Source: Candidatus Saccharimonadota bacterium (GTDB taxonomy: Bacteria > Patescibacteriota > Saccharimonadia > CAILAD01 > BJGX01). From it: a stretch of 64,000 nt of DNA. The notes below the pieces were generated by a model that saw only the letters and a program-made list of their open reading frames with translations, had not been told where the DNA came from and did no database searches. The position numbers and the translations under genes were made by a program. The DNA is taken from assembly GCA_014191035.1 (NCBI GenBank), contig BJGX01000002.1, positions 18,813-82,812 on the forward strand, given 5' to 3'. Below, one piece after another: positions 20,490-30,747 of this stretch (within the stretch, counting starts at the first letter, position 1; each line of letters begins with the position of its first letter).

Positions 20490-21749
20490 TTGCAAAAACT
20501 TATTATCGAAGGGCCATCAAAGCTTGAGGGTTCAATAAAGACTGCTGGCAGTAAAAACCATGTTTTGCCAATGCTGGCGGCCATGCTTTTAACTACCGAA
20601 GACACCGTTTTACATAATGTTCCCGACATTGCTGATGTGGATGTAATGATAGAAATCCTAGAATCTTTTGATGTTAAAGTTGAAAGAACACGGAACAGTG
20701 TGGTTTGTAATGCCAAAAATGCTAACCCCAATTTATTAAAACCTGAGCTAACTCATAAATTAAGAGCATCGCTTCTGGTTCTTGGGCCATCACTGGCCAG
20801 ATTTGGGGAGGTAAAGATGGGCTTTCCGGGGGGTGATTTAATTGGTGCAAGGCCACTGGATTCGCATTTAAATGGTCTTAAGGCAATGGGTGCCAAAGTA
20901 GTTAATAATGATGCAGAAATTGAACTCAAAGGAAGACTTAGTTCAGCAAGAGTATTGTTAGATGAAATAAGCGTCACGGCCACAGAAAATCTTATTTTAG
21001 CTGCGGTAATTACTATGGGAACAACCGAAATAAGAATGGCAGCAACAGAACCTCATATAGTAGCTTTATGTGAATTTCTGAATGATTTAGGGGCTAGAAT
21101 TTCCGGTATAGGCAGTAACGTGTTGACGATAGAGGGGGTAGAAAAATTAAATGCAGGCGAAGGCCGAATCATTCCTGATTATTTGGAATCCGGAACATTT
21201 GCAATTGCTGCCGCTGCTTCCAGGGGAAATTTGATAATCGAGGATTTTGTTATCGACGACCATGATGCATTGTTAAATACTTTTTCAAGAATGGGAGTCA
21301 ATTTTAAAATTTTAGATAAAAATAAACTGCAAATACTGCCAACGAAAAAGCTTAGAGCAACGAGAATTAGAACGGATATATTTCCGGGCTTTAGTAGTGA
21401 TCTTCAGGCTCCAATGGCAGTTTTATGTACTCAGGCCGAGGGCGTTTCAGAGCTTTTCGAGACCATGTATGAAGGACGCTTGCAGTATTTATTTGAACTT
21501 CAAAGAATGGGGGCTCATGTAAATGTCCGTGACAGCCATGTAGGACTTGTAGAGGGGCCAAGTGTTTTGCACGGTACAGACTTAATTTCTTTTGATATCA
21601 GAGCTGGCGCTACAGTTTTGCTGGCTGCAATTATTGCTCACGGAAAAACAACAATAGATAGGATTGAACATATCGATAGAGGGTACGAGCATTTTGACGG
21701 ACGTTTGCGATCTCTAGGCGTTAAGATATCAAGAATCGGCTCAAAGTGA
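20490..21749 (+). CDS. murA: UDP-N-acetylglucosamine enolpyruvyl transferase (Asp in place of catalytic Cys)
   Basis: GSKN, LRAS, PGGDLIGARP, ATEN, DIRAG, HIDRGYE. Confidence 0.95.
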   Translation: MQKLIIEGPSKLEGSIKTAGSKNHVLPMLAAMLLTTEDTVLHNVPDIADVDVMIEILESFDVKVERTRNSVVCNAKNANPNLLKPELTHKLRASLLVLGPSLARFGEVKMGFPGGDLIGARPLDSHLNGLKAMGAKVVNNDAEIELKGRLSSARVLLDEISVTATENLILAAVITMGTTEIRMAATEPHIVALCEFLNDLGARISGIGSNVLTIEGVEKLNAGEGRIIPDYLESGTFAIAAAASRGNLIIEDFVIDDHDALLNTFSRMGVNFKILDKNKLQILPTKKLRATRIRTDIFPGFSSDLQAPMAVLCTQAEGVSELFETMYEGRLQYLFELQRMGAHVNVRDSHVGLVEGPSVLHGTDLISFDIRAGATVLLAAIIAHGKTTIDRIEHIDRGYEHFDGRLRSLGVKISRIGSK

Positions 21750-21762
21750 TAAAATATCTAGT

Positions 21763-22770
21763 ATGTTTAGTAAAAGAATCGCAATTGATTTAGGTACGGC
21801 CAACACCCGAGTATATATTCCCAAAAAGGGGCTAGTTGCTAATGAGCCTTCGGTAGTTGCAATTAGTGTTGAAGACAATAGGATTGTTGCTATTGGCAGT
21901 GACGCCAAAGAAATGCTTGGGCGAACACCAGATATTATTGCCGCTTCTAAGCCGCTAAGAAATGGAGTCATTGCCAATTACAGAATAACTGAGGCTCTAC
22001 TTAAATACTTTCTTAATAAAATTACGGGGCATATAAGACTGATTAGGCCAGAACTCATGATTACTGTACCGACGGGTGTTACCTCGACAGAGAGAAGGGC
22101 AGTAATTGATGCATCAATTGCCGCCGGAGCAAAGAAAGTGTATATAATTCGAGCTCCAATTGCAGCAGCAATAGGTGCTAATGTGCCTATTTCGGCTCCA
22201 GCTGGTAATTTAATCGTTGATATTGGAGAGGGTACAACCGAAGTTGCAATTATTTCCTTGGGTGGTATTGTTGCGCAAAATTCAGTCAGAGTGGGTGGTG
22301 CCAGAATCAGCTCGGCAATTGCCGAACACATACGTAAAAAACACGGCTTAGTCATTGGAACTCAGACTTCTGAAGAAATTAAGAAAAAAATTGGTTCTGC
22401 AACAGCGCTGGATAAACCTAGAAGGATGCAAGTTCGTGGTAGGGACGTTGTTGGGGGCCTCCCAAAAACAATTGAAGTTACAAGCACAGAAGTCACAGCG
22501 GCTATAAAAGATCGTTTAGAAGATATAATAATGGCAGTAAAATCAGTTCTAGAACAGACGCCTCCAGAACTTTCAAGCGATATTATAGACCGAGGAATGA
22601 TCATAACCGGCGGAGGAGCGTTGCTTAAAAATATCGATAAACTCATGACTAAAGTTACTGGGGTGCCAGCCTATATTGCCGAGGACCCCATGCTTTGTGT
22701 TATTAAGGGAGCTGGCACAGCCCTAGAGAACCTCGATGAGTATATAAGAAGTGTTGTGACTAACAAATGA
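21763..22770 (+). CDS. mreB: Rod shape-determining protein MreB
   Basis: IDLGTANT, EPSVVA, DIGEGTTEVA, TGGGALL. Confidence 0.96.
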   Translation: MFSKRIAIDLGTANTRVYIPKKGLVANEPSVVAISVEDNRIVAIGSDAKEMLGRTPDIIAASKPLRNGVIANYRITEALLKYFLNKITGHIRLIRPELMITVPTGVTSTERRAVIDASIAAGAKKVYIIRAPIAAAIGANVPISAPAGNLIVDIGEGTTEVAIISLGGIVAQNSVRVGGARISSAIAEHIRKKHGLVIGTQTSEEIKKKIGSATALDKPRRMQVRGRDVVGGLPKTIEVTSTEVTAAIKDRLEDIIMAVKSVLEQTPPELSSDIIDRGMIITGGGALLKNIDKLMTKVTGVPAYIAEDPMLCVIKGAGTALENLDEYIRSVVTNK

Positions 22771-24044
22771 AATCTATAAGCAACATAGCAGAAAAAATTT
22801 CAAAAGAAGTAATCGTTTTTGGGCTTTTGGCGATACTGTTAATAATGCCCTTCCATGCATTAATTAGCACATTTATAGGCTCGTTAGGAATCAATAAGCT
22901 CTTGGTGCAGTCCTGGAAAGAAGTATTAGTGGTTATAATGTCGCTTTGCTGGGTGGTGTATCAACTGACGAAAAAAAGACTGGCAATTAAGGCTGACTCG
23001 GTTAATATTCTGTTCTTATTGATTATTTTTTTAAGCGCTATAGTAACCTTACTTATCAGGCCCAATTCAGAAGCTGTACTTTTTGGTATAAAAACAAATC
23101 TAGTTGCGTTGGCTGTGTTTTTTATTGCTCAAATACCAATTGCATCTAAATCATTTTTAAAAAAGAATCTGCAATGGATAGTAATTTTGCCAGCTATAGC
23201 TGTGTCTATACTTGCAATTTTACAGGCATTTTTGATCCCACCGGAGTTATTAGAAAAAATTGGGTATTCAGTTGAAACAATTAACCCGCGTCAAATTATT
23301 GATGGCTCAATAAATTTTTATAGATCTTTTTCAAGTCTTGGAGGGCCAAACCAGCTAGGTGCTTATCTTCTTATGCCACTAGCTTTTTCTTTAGTTTATG
23401 GAATCAAGCAAAAAAACTGGCTAGCAATCCTGTCTTCGATTCCTATTCTTGCCGGTATAGTACTGAGCTTTTCCAGAAGCGCGTGGATTGGAGCAGTTAT
23501 TACTTTTTTCCTATCAATATTTATTTCAATACCCAAAAAACAAAAAATTTACTTTCTAGTTTCTAGTTTGGCGTTGGGCAGTATAGTTGGCGTATTAGTT
23601 TTGAGTCAAATAGGAACCAATGAGCGGCTTCAAAATGTTTTATTGCACGGCAGGGTTTTTGAAGGCAGAATAGAGGGCTCGGATCAGCAAAGAATAAACT
23701 CTATAGCAAATACGGCCTCCGAAATAGTAGCCAGGCCTTTTGGGCATGGGCTTGGATCAGCTGGACCAGCTAGCTTTAGAGCAGACAAGCCGGTAATTCC
23801 AGAAAATTGGTTTTTACAAATAGCTTATGAAATTGGAATAATAGGTTTACTGCTGTATATTTTTGCCTTTGCCGCACTCTTGGGCGATTTTATTAGAAAT
23901 AGATCAAATCCACTCGCCGCTAGCCTTTTTTCTGCAACTGTAGGAATTTTAGTAATTAATATCTTTCTACAAGCTTGGGCTGATTCAACCTTAGTGCTAT
24001 GCATGTTCGCTCTCTATGGAATATATAAATCAAAAAGTTCATGA
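22767..24044 (+). CDS. O-antigen ligase/polymerase family membrane protein
   Basis: Multi-TM; GGPNQLG, SRSAW, GHGLGS. Confidence 0.85.
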   Translation: MKSISNIAEKISKEVIVFGLLAILLIMPFHALISTFIGSLGINKLLVQSWKEVLVVIMSLCWVVYQLTKKRLAIKADSVNILFLLIIFLSAIVTLLIRPNSEAVLFGIKTNLVALAVFFIAQIPIASKSFLKKNLQWIVILPAIAVSILAILQAFLIPPELLEKIGYSVETINPRQIIDGSINFYRSFSSLGGPNQLGAYLLMPLAFSLVYGIKQKNWLAILSSIPILAGIVLSFSRSAWIGAVITFFLSIFISIPKKQKIYFLVSSLALGSIVGVLVLSQIGTNERLQNVLLHGRVFEGRIEGSDQQRINSIANTASEIVARPFGHGLGSAGPASFRADKPVIPENWFLQIAYEIGIIGLLLYIFAFAALLGDFIRNRSNPLAASLFSATVGILVINIFLQAWADSTLVLCMFALYGIYKSKSS

Positions 24045-25138
24045 AAATAGCAATACTACACGACTGGCTTAATCAGAAAGTGGGTGGCGCAGAGAGTGTA
24101 CTCATAAAACTTTCCAATATGTATCCAGATGCAGACATATATACGATTGTTTATAACAAGAAAAAATTTGAAGGTCTTTTAGATGAGAAACGAATTAAGA
24201 CTTCCCATCTCCAGAAAATGCCAAGTTTTATAAAAAGAAGACCCAAGCTCCTGTTACCATTCATAAAAAAAGCAATACAAAAGTGGGATTTAAGTGAATA
24301 TGATTTAGTTATTAGTTCGTCTTCAGCATGGGTCAAGAATGCTAATATTCCAAATTCTGTAAGACACGTATGCTATTGCTATAGCCCTGCAAGGATGCTT
24401 TGGGATAGTTGGCCAAAATATATGTACGATTTAAAGATCGGCTCCATGGGTAGGCTGTATGTTACTAGCTTAGCCTCCAGGCTCAGGCTTTGGGACTATT
24501 ATCAGTCTCAAGATAGCATTGAATTCATAGCGATAAGTGAACATGTAAAAAATAGAATTACAAAGTTTTACCACAAAGATAGCAAAGTTATATATCCACC
24601 AGTCAGTATGCCAACTCATACAGATAATGAAAATCAAAAGAGAGATTATTACTTAATAATATCGGTCTTATCAAAGTATAAAAATATCGAGTTGGCAGTT
24701 AGGGCATTTAAAGACTCAGGCAAAAATTTAATTATTGCTGGTGACGGCCCAGACATTAAAAGACTTAAGAAGATAGCGGAAGGCTTTGAAAATATTATAT
24801 TTCTTGGAAGGGTGGACAATTCTCATAAAGACAAATTACTTAAAGAAGCGAAGGCATTTATATTTTGCAATATCGAAGATTTTGGCATTACCATGGTTGA
24901 ATCAATATCTTTAGGTACAGGAGTTATTGCGCTTCGTGGCGGTGGTGCTCAGGAGATAGTCATAGAAAATAAAACAGGTATATTTTATGACGATGCTAAC
25001 GAAGAGAGCCTAAATCGAGCAATAGTAAAATATGAAAAAAGCATAGATTTCAAATCCGTTAACGGTGAGTATGCCAGAAGCAAATTTAGTGAAGAAAAAT
25101 TTGAAGAGCACTTTAGAGGAGTAATAGATGCAAAATAG
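24041..25138 (+). CDS. Glycosyltransferase family 4
   Basis: HDWL..GGAE, EDFGITMVE. Confidence 0.92.
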   Translation: MKIAILHDWLNQKVGGAESVLIKLSNMYPDADIYTIVYNKKKFEGLLDEKRIKTSHLQKMPSFIKRRPKLLLPFIKKAIQKWDLSEYDLVISSSSAWVKNANIPNSVRHVCYCYSPARMLWDSWPKYMYDLKIGSMGRLYVTSLASRLRLWDYYQSQDSIEFIAISEHVKNRITKFYHKDSKVIYPPVSMPTHTDNENQKRDYYLIISVLSKYKNIELAVRAFKDSGKNLIIAGDGPDIKRLKKIAEGFENIIFLGRVDNSHKDKLLKEAKAFIFCNIEDFGITMVESISLGTGVIALRGGGAQEIVIENKTGIFYDDANEESLNRAIVKYEKSIDFKSVNGEYARSKFSEEKFEEHFRGVIDAK

Positions 25139-25952
25139 CTCAATTTATATTTTAGGTGTCAGGATTGATGTTTATAAAATCGAAGAAATAAACAGCCTGA
25201 TAGTTGAATATATAAAAAAAGAAACTAAAAAACCGCTAATAATATTTAAACCTTATGTGGAGTTTTTATCTCTGGCCGGTAAAAACGATGACGTTAAAAA
25301 ACTTCTAAACAGTTCAGATATAAACATAGCTGATTCTTCGGCAATACAGTGGGCTGCTAGCTACCTGTACGGCAAACCAAACATTGGAAGTAATATTATT
25401 TCTACGTATTTCAGTTTGATATTTAGACTACAATCAGAAAAATGGCGCCAACAAATAGTGTCTCAAAGAATGGCGGGTGTGGATCAGACACTTCCTCTAT
25501 TAAGGCTAGCTAGCAAAAATAATCTTAAAATAGGCATATTGGGCGGGCCAAAAGATACCTTAGAAACCCAAAAGGAATTAGAAAAAAGATTTAAAAATAT
25601 TAAAGTCAATATTTGGTCTGGTTTCTATGAAGAAAGTTCCGAATCTGAACTTGTTGATGATATAGCAAGCAAGAATTTAGACGTGTTATTCTGCGCAATG
25701 GGCTTTCCAAAGCAGGAAAAATTTATTGTTAAACATCAAAATAAACTTAACGCAAAGGTGCTAATTGGTGAGGGCGGTAGTTTCGATTACGATCAACTGG
25801 GGGGCAGTATTAAAAGAGCCCCCGCCTGGATGAGAAAGTTGAGCTTAGAATGGTTATGGAGATTAATCATTCAGCCAAAAAGAATTAGGCGGCAGCTAGC
25901 AATTCCTAATTTTATAAAGCAGGTCAGAAAAGAAAAACGTAGCCAAAAATAG
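25128..25952 (+). CDS. WecB/TagA/CpsF glycosyltransferase
   Basis: MGFPKQE, GGSFD, RAP.WM...LEWLWRL..QP.R. Confidence 0.92.
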   Translation: MQNSSIYILGVRIDVYKIEEINSLIVEYIKKETKKPLIIFKPYVEFLSLAGKNDDVKKLLNSSDINIADSSAIQWAASYLYGKPNIGSNIISTYFSLIFRLQSEKWRQQIVSQRMAGVDQTLPLLRLASKNNLKIGILGGPKDTLETQKELEKRFKNIKVNIWSGFYEESSESELVDDIASKNLDVLFCAMGFPKQEKFIVKHQNKLNAKVLIGEGGSFDYDQLGGSIKRAPAWMRKLSLEWLWRLIIQPKRIRRQLAIPNFIKQVRKEKRSQK

Positions 25953-25997
25953 CTTTACGCTTATGTTGTAATAACTTATAATGGTTATATCTAAAGG

Positions 25998-27266
25998 GTG
26001 AGTATGATAGAACTAAGCAAATGTCCAAATTGTTCAGAAGATGACCGCGTTACAATCGCGGGTAAAGATTTTTGTATGCGCTGTGGGACTCCTACAGAAG
26101 ATAATGCAATGATGGATGTTAATAATTCTCAATCCAACGCTGCAGAGCAAATGCAGACCAACAGCCCCATTAATGCTGCTCAAGAACACACGCCTCAAGC
26201 GGCCGCAGACTCTGTTCAAAAGTTTAATACACAGCCCCCAGTCTCAGACGAATTATCAGCACTTAATTCGGCTGAAATGAAATTCACCCCTCCACCTAGA
26301 ATGTCTAAGCCCGAGATGCAAGAAGCTACTGCTTTAAACCAGACTTCAGTCGACCAGGCACCTGCAGAAGCTATTTCAATTCCAGCAATTATTACAACTC
26401 ACCAGCCACAAGCGCCAGCAGCCCCTAACGAGGTTGTGGCTCCGATACCTGCCTCAAATACCATGCCTGCAGCCGCAGCGATGGGCACCATGTCGCTAGA
26501 TAAAAAAGCGGGCGTGCTTTCAGATGATCAATTTGATCAATTAAAAGCTTCGGTTAATACTGCGGTTGCACAAAACAACCCTAATCCTAATTTAAATGCC
26601 GATATTCTGACTCATCAAGCTCCGGCTGTGAATACTAGCCAAACTGCTGCTCAGCCAAATATTAGCCAACCAGGGCCACAGGATCATCAAAATAAAATTG
26701 CAATGGCTACGGATATTTATTCTGGCCCAGCAGAACAACCTAAATTACAAGAAGAACATAAGTCTAGCCAGCCTAATACAGAAAAGTCTAAAAACAAAGC
26801 CGGAAAAGTAGCCAAGCCAGTAGCCATAGCCGTAAGCATTGCTGCCCTATTCGCCACCGGTGCCTACATATGGAGAATTAACTACCCTAGCTTGGCCTTC
26901 AAAATCGCTAGCGCTAAGGCGGGAATAAGCGCCACTATGCCAGGATACGTTCCGGCTGGGTATAACTTGGGAGGAAGAATACAAACTAATCCGGGTACAG
27001 TAAGCTATAGCCTGCTTGGTGGCTCTAATGATAATCGTATTTCTGTAACTCAAAGTAAGACAGATTGGGACAGCCAAGCATTAGCCGAAAATTATGTTGC
27101 ACCAAAAGCTGAAAATTATTTAGCTCTTCAGGCCCAAGGACTAACGATCTATGTTCTTGGAAAAAATGAAGCCACCTGGGTCAATAAAGGAACCTGGTAT
27201 AAATTAGACAGCAAGGGCCAAGACCTAAACCAAGATCAAATAATTAAAATAGCTACTAGCCTATGA
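25998..27266 (+). CDS. Zn-ribbon, low-complexity linker, TM and DUF4367-like domain protein
   Basis: CPNC...CMRC; Q/P/A-rich linker; TM; PGYVPAGY. Confidence 0.7.
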   Translation: MSMIELSKCPNCSEDDRVTIAGKDFCMRCGTPTEDNAMMDVNNSQSNAAEQMQTNSPINAAQEHTPQAAADSVQKFNTQPPVSDELSALNSAEMKFTPPPRMSKPEMQEATALNQTSVDQAPAEAISIPAIITTHQPQAPAAPNEVVAPIPASNTMPAAAAMGTMSLDKKAGVLSDDQFDQLKASVNTAVAQNNPNPNLNADILTHQAPAVNTSQTAAQPNISQPGPQDHQNKIAMATDIYSGPAEQPKLQEEHKSSQPNTEKSKNKAGKVAKPVAIAVSIAALFATGAYIWRINYPSLAFKIASAKAGISATMPGYVPAGYNLGGRIQTNPGTVSYSLLGGSNDNRISVTQSKTDWDSQALAENYVAPKAENYLALQAQGLTIYVLGKNEATWVNKGTWYKLDSKGQDLNQDQIIKIATSL

Positions 27267-27604
27267 ACGATAGAGCCTGGGAAGAATTGGTTGATCTTAT
27301 AGACGACCAATATACTATTGATAATTCCAACCGCAAAGAAGAGGCACTTGAAGACAATAACAAACTCAAACAAATTATAGAGTCAATTGAGTTTGAAAAA
27401 GATAATATAAAGTACAAAATTGATAGAGTTACCGGCCCAAGAATAATAGATAAAAAGACATTCTACTCTGGCCACGGCTCAGCCAATCGAATGCAGTATG
27501 TTTATGACCCCGAAGAAACTAGCTCCAAGGTCGTTTTTTATAAACAGCTTGCAGACGGCAACTTCAATGAGATATCACCAGAAGACCTGATGACAAGCTC
27601 TTAA
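27263..27604 (+). CDS. Hypothetical protein
   Basis: 113 aa ORF overlapping the upstream stop (ATGA). Confidence 0.7.
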   Translation: MNDRAWEELVDLIDDQYTIDNSNRKEEALEDNNKLKQIIESIEFEKDNIKYKIDRVTGPRIIDKKTFYSGHGSANRMQYVYDPEETSSKVVFYKQLADGNFNEISPEDLMTSS

Positions 27605-27622
27605 TCTGATATAATTATCAGT

Positions 27623-29038
27623 ATGAATAATCCTGTAAGAGTTAGATTTGCACCCAGCCCAACTGGGTTTTTACATATTGGCGGTATTAGAACCGCACTA
27701 TTTAATTATTTGTTTGCTAAAGCTAATAGTGGCCAGTTCATATTACGCCTTGAAGACACCGACAGAGAACGCTTTGTTGAAGAAGGGGTGGAACAGATTA
27801 TCAAATCTCTCGATTGGATTGGCCTGCATCCCGACGAAGGTGTTTGGTATGAGCAGAAGCCAGGCGAACATGGCCCATATATTCAATCGCAGAGGCTAAA
27901 CCACTATAAGGATTATGCCCAAAAGCTAATTGACAAAGGCTTGGCATATTATTCGCAAACCATACCCGAAAAGATAGAATCGCTTAAGGCAGAGGCAATC
28001 AATGAAAGGCGCCCATTTGTATATAAGCACTCTATGGAACCGACTGAAGCACCAGCTTCTACCAGAGGTATGCCTATCAGGCTTAAAGTGCCAGATGGCA
28101 AGACTATGTGGAAAGATGAGGTGCGTGGAGAATTCGAAAGTAATCATGAAATAATTGATGATTTTATTATTGTTAAAGCCGACGGCTTTCCGACCTATAA
28201 CTTCGCAAATGTGGTCGATGACCATCTTATGAATATAAGCCACGTTATTCGTGGTGATGAGTTTATCAGCAGTACAGCCAAGCATGCACTGCTTTATGAT
28301 TTATTAGAATTCGATCGCCCAGCCTGGGTGCACCTACCTTCTATTCTGGGGCCAGACGGCAAAAAGAAGCTAAGCAAGCGCGATGGTGATGTGAATGTTT
28401 TAGAATATAAAGCCAAAGGCTACCTTCCAGAAGCAATCTTGAATTTCTTGGCTCTTCTAGGATGGAACGATGGTACCACCCAAGAAGTTTTTAGCCCAGA
28501 AGAATTAATAAATAAGTTTAATATTGGTAGGGTACAAAAAAGCCCAGCAGTTTTTGATGTTAATCGCCTAGACTGGATGAACGGTGAATACATTCGAAAT
28601 AAACTCAGCGATGAAGAGCTTATTGAGCACATTAAGCCGTACCTGCCAGAAGCCTGGCTAGAAAACATGAATTATTTCAAAACCGTGCTAGCTCTAGACA
28701 AAGAACGAATCAAGCGTTTCGATGAAGCTAAGTACATAATGGAGATATTTTTTGAGACTCCAAATGTTGATAAGGCCTTGCTGTGTAAGAAAGACGACAT
28801 TGATACTATTAAATCCTGGGTATCGGAAGTGGTTAAGGCTATCGAGCCAATCGATTTTGAACACGACCAAGTGGAAAAGGCTCTTCGTGAACTTGCCGAA
28901 AAGCTAGATGTCCAATCAGGCCGACTATTCTATACTTTAAGAGTTGGTCTAACGGGCCGTACCGAGGCGCCAGGGCTTTTCGATATATTCGTAACGCTCG
29001 GCAAAGCCGAATCTTTAAAGCGTCTACAAAGTCTATAG
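27623..29038 (+). CDS. gltX: Glutamate--tRNA ligase
   Basis: RFAPSPTG.LHIGG, KLSKR. Confidence 0.97.
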   Translation: MNNPVRVRFAPSPTGFLHIGGIRTALFNYLFAKANSGQFILRLEDTDRERFVEEGVEQIIKSLDWIGLHPDEGVWYEQKPGEHGPYIQSQRLNHYKDYAQKLIDKGLAYYSQTIPEKIESLKAEAINERRPFVYKHSMEPTEAPASTRGMPIRLKVPDGKTMWKDEVRGEFESNHEIIDDFIIVKADGFPTYNFANVVDDHLMNISHVIRGDEFISSTAKHALLYDLLEFDRPAWVHLPSILGPDGKKKLSKRDGDVNVLEYKAKGYLPEAILNFLALLGWNDGTTQEVFSPEELINKFNIGRVQKSPAVFDVNRLDWMNGEYIRNKLSDEELIEHIKPYLPEAWLENMNYFKTVLALDKERIKRFDEAKYIMEIFFETPNVDKALLCKKDDIDTIKSWVSEVVKAIEPIDFEHDQVEKALRELAEKLDVQSGRLFYTLRVGLTGRTEAPGLFDIFVTLGKAESLKRLQSL

Positions 29039-29039
29039 C

Positions 29040-29681
29040 ATGAAATATTTATTGTTTTCGCATGGATTTGGTGTGCGCAAAGATAGTAATGGTATGTTTA
29101 GCGACATCGCAAGAGCCTTTCCTGATTACAAGCCAGTTATGTTTGATTATAACAAACATGATAGTAAATCTAATTTAACAACGGTCTATAGCTATCGAAA
29201 ACAGGCAAAGATTTTAAAAAACAAAATCACTAACATATACAGGAAAGATCCTGGCGCCATAATCACTGTAGTTGCTCATTCCCAAGGTGCAATAGTGGCC
29301 GCATTGTGTAATCAAGATACCGCAAAAGCAATTTTATTAGCCCCACCAAGTACTGTATCAGCAAAAAGATCTAAGTTGAGGCCGAACCGAAAAGTAAGAA
29401 AGAATGGCTCTGTAATGATATTCAAAAAGGATGGCAGTAGAATATTATTAACTACATCATTCATGCTTGGCTTGAAATTAACCAATCCAATAAAGATTTA
29501 TGAGAAGCTAGCGCTTCGAGAGCCCACTGTAATTATTGCAGCCAAGCAAGATGAGATGGTCAATAACGACAATCTTCACAAAGTGCGAAGTGCTGAGGTT
29601 TACGAGATAGACGGCGACCACAACTTTACCGGGGAAAATAGAAAAGGCCTCATAGAGACCCTTTCTAAAGTATTAAGCTAG
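29040..29681 (+). CDS. Alpha/beta hydrolase
   Basis: HGFG, AHSQG nucleophile elbow, D, DGDHNF. Confidence 0.85.
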   Translation: MKYLLFSHGFGVRKDSNGMFSDIARAFPDYKPVMFDYNKHDSKSNLTTVYSYRKQAKILKNKITNIYRKDPGAIITVVAHSQGAIVAALCNQDTAKAILLAPPSTVSAKRSKLRPNRKVRKNGSVMIFKKDGSRILLTTSFMLGLKLTNPIKIYEKLALREPTVIIAAKQDEMVNNDNLHKVRSAEVYEIDGDHNFTGENRKGLIETLSKVLS

Positions 29682-29691
29682 TATTTCTTTT

Positions 29692-30726
29692 CTAATCCCA
29701 GTCCAGAGTTCCGCCGGTTTGGTACTCGATAACTCTAGTTTCAAAGAAGTTCTTTTCTTTGGAAAGATCGGCAGCTTCACTCATCCACGGGAATGGATTT
29801 TTGGTATGGAACTGCTTAGGTAGGCCAACCGATGCTAGGCGCCTATCGGCAACATGCTCGATGTATTGCTTGAAACCATCGGCGTTCATTCCAAAAATGC
29901 CATTAGGAAATACGTCCTGTGCGTAGCTGTATTCAAGCTTAGCAGCTTCCTTTACAAGATCTATAATGCGCTGCTGGAACTCATCGGTCCAAAGCTCGGG
30001 CTGTTCTTCTTTGATGGCATTGATCATGTTTATACCAAAGTTTAGATGCTGCGATTCGTCGCGCATGATGTATTGGATTTGCTCAGCACTACCTACTAGC
30101 TTGTTTTGACGCTGGAATCCAAAGATTACAGCAAAACTAGAGTAGAAGAATATACCTTCTAAAATTAACGAGAATACACACAAGTTCTCTAAAAATTTTT
30201 GGTCGTTTTCGAATGTACCGGTGTGGAAGTTATCATCAAAGATACCTTCGTTAAAAGTAAGGATAAACTTTGCTTTACTATAGTGTGAAGCGTTCTCGCG
30301 GTACATATTAAACACCTTGCCTCCATCAAGCCCCAAACTTTCAACGATGTATTGATAAGCATGTGTATGTATTGCTTCTTCGTAGGATTGCCGCAATAGG
30401 TACATTCGGCATTCTGGGCTTGATATGTGCTTATAGAATGCTAGCACTAAGTTATTGGCCGCAATCGAATCAGCGGTAGTGAAGAACCCTAGAGCAGTCT
30501 GGAAAGCTTGGCGTTCATCTTCGGTTAATTTATCGGACTTCCATAATTCGATATCGTCTTGCATGGCGATTTCGGTTGGTAGCCAGTGGTTGGCATTGCC
30601 AGCCAGGTAGGCGTCCCAGGCGAAATTATGCTTCATTGGGTGAAGCTGGATAACGTCTGCATCTTCGCCGTTAATTACTCTTCGTTTGTTGATGTCTGGT
30701 CGGACATCGGTCATCTTAAGTGACAT
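29692..30726 (-). CDS. nrdB: Ribonucleotide reductase class Ia beta subunit
   Basis: EEAIHTHAY with radical Tyr, Asp first ligand, EGIFFYSSF, RDESQH, NFFE. Confidence 0.95.
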   Translation of the reverse strand: MSLKMTDVRPDINKRRVINGEDADVIQLHPMKHNFAWDAYLAGNANHWLPTEIAMQDDIELWKSDKLTEDERQAFQTALGFFTTADSIAANNLVLAFYKHISSPECRMYLLRQSYEEAIHTHAYQYIVESLGLDGGKVFNMYRENASHYSKAKFILTFNEGIFDDNFHTGTFENDQKFLENLCVFSLILEGIFFYSSFAVIFGFQRQNKLVGSAEQIQYIMRDESQHLNFGINMINAIKEEQPELWTDEFQQRIIDLVKEAAKLEYSYAQDVFPNGIFGMNADGFKQYIEHVADRRLASVGLPKQFHTKNPFPWMSEAADLSKEKNFFETRVIEYQTGGTLDWD

Positions 30727-30747
30727 GTGTTACCCTCCTAATTTATT

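Noticed and set aside
29692-30726. Class Ic (Mn/Fe) ribonucleotide reductase
   Set aside because: The radical Tyr (HTHAY) and Asp ligand are present, consistent with class Ia
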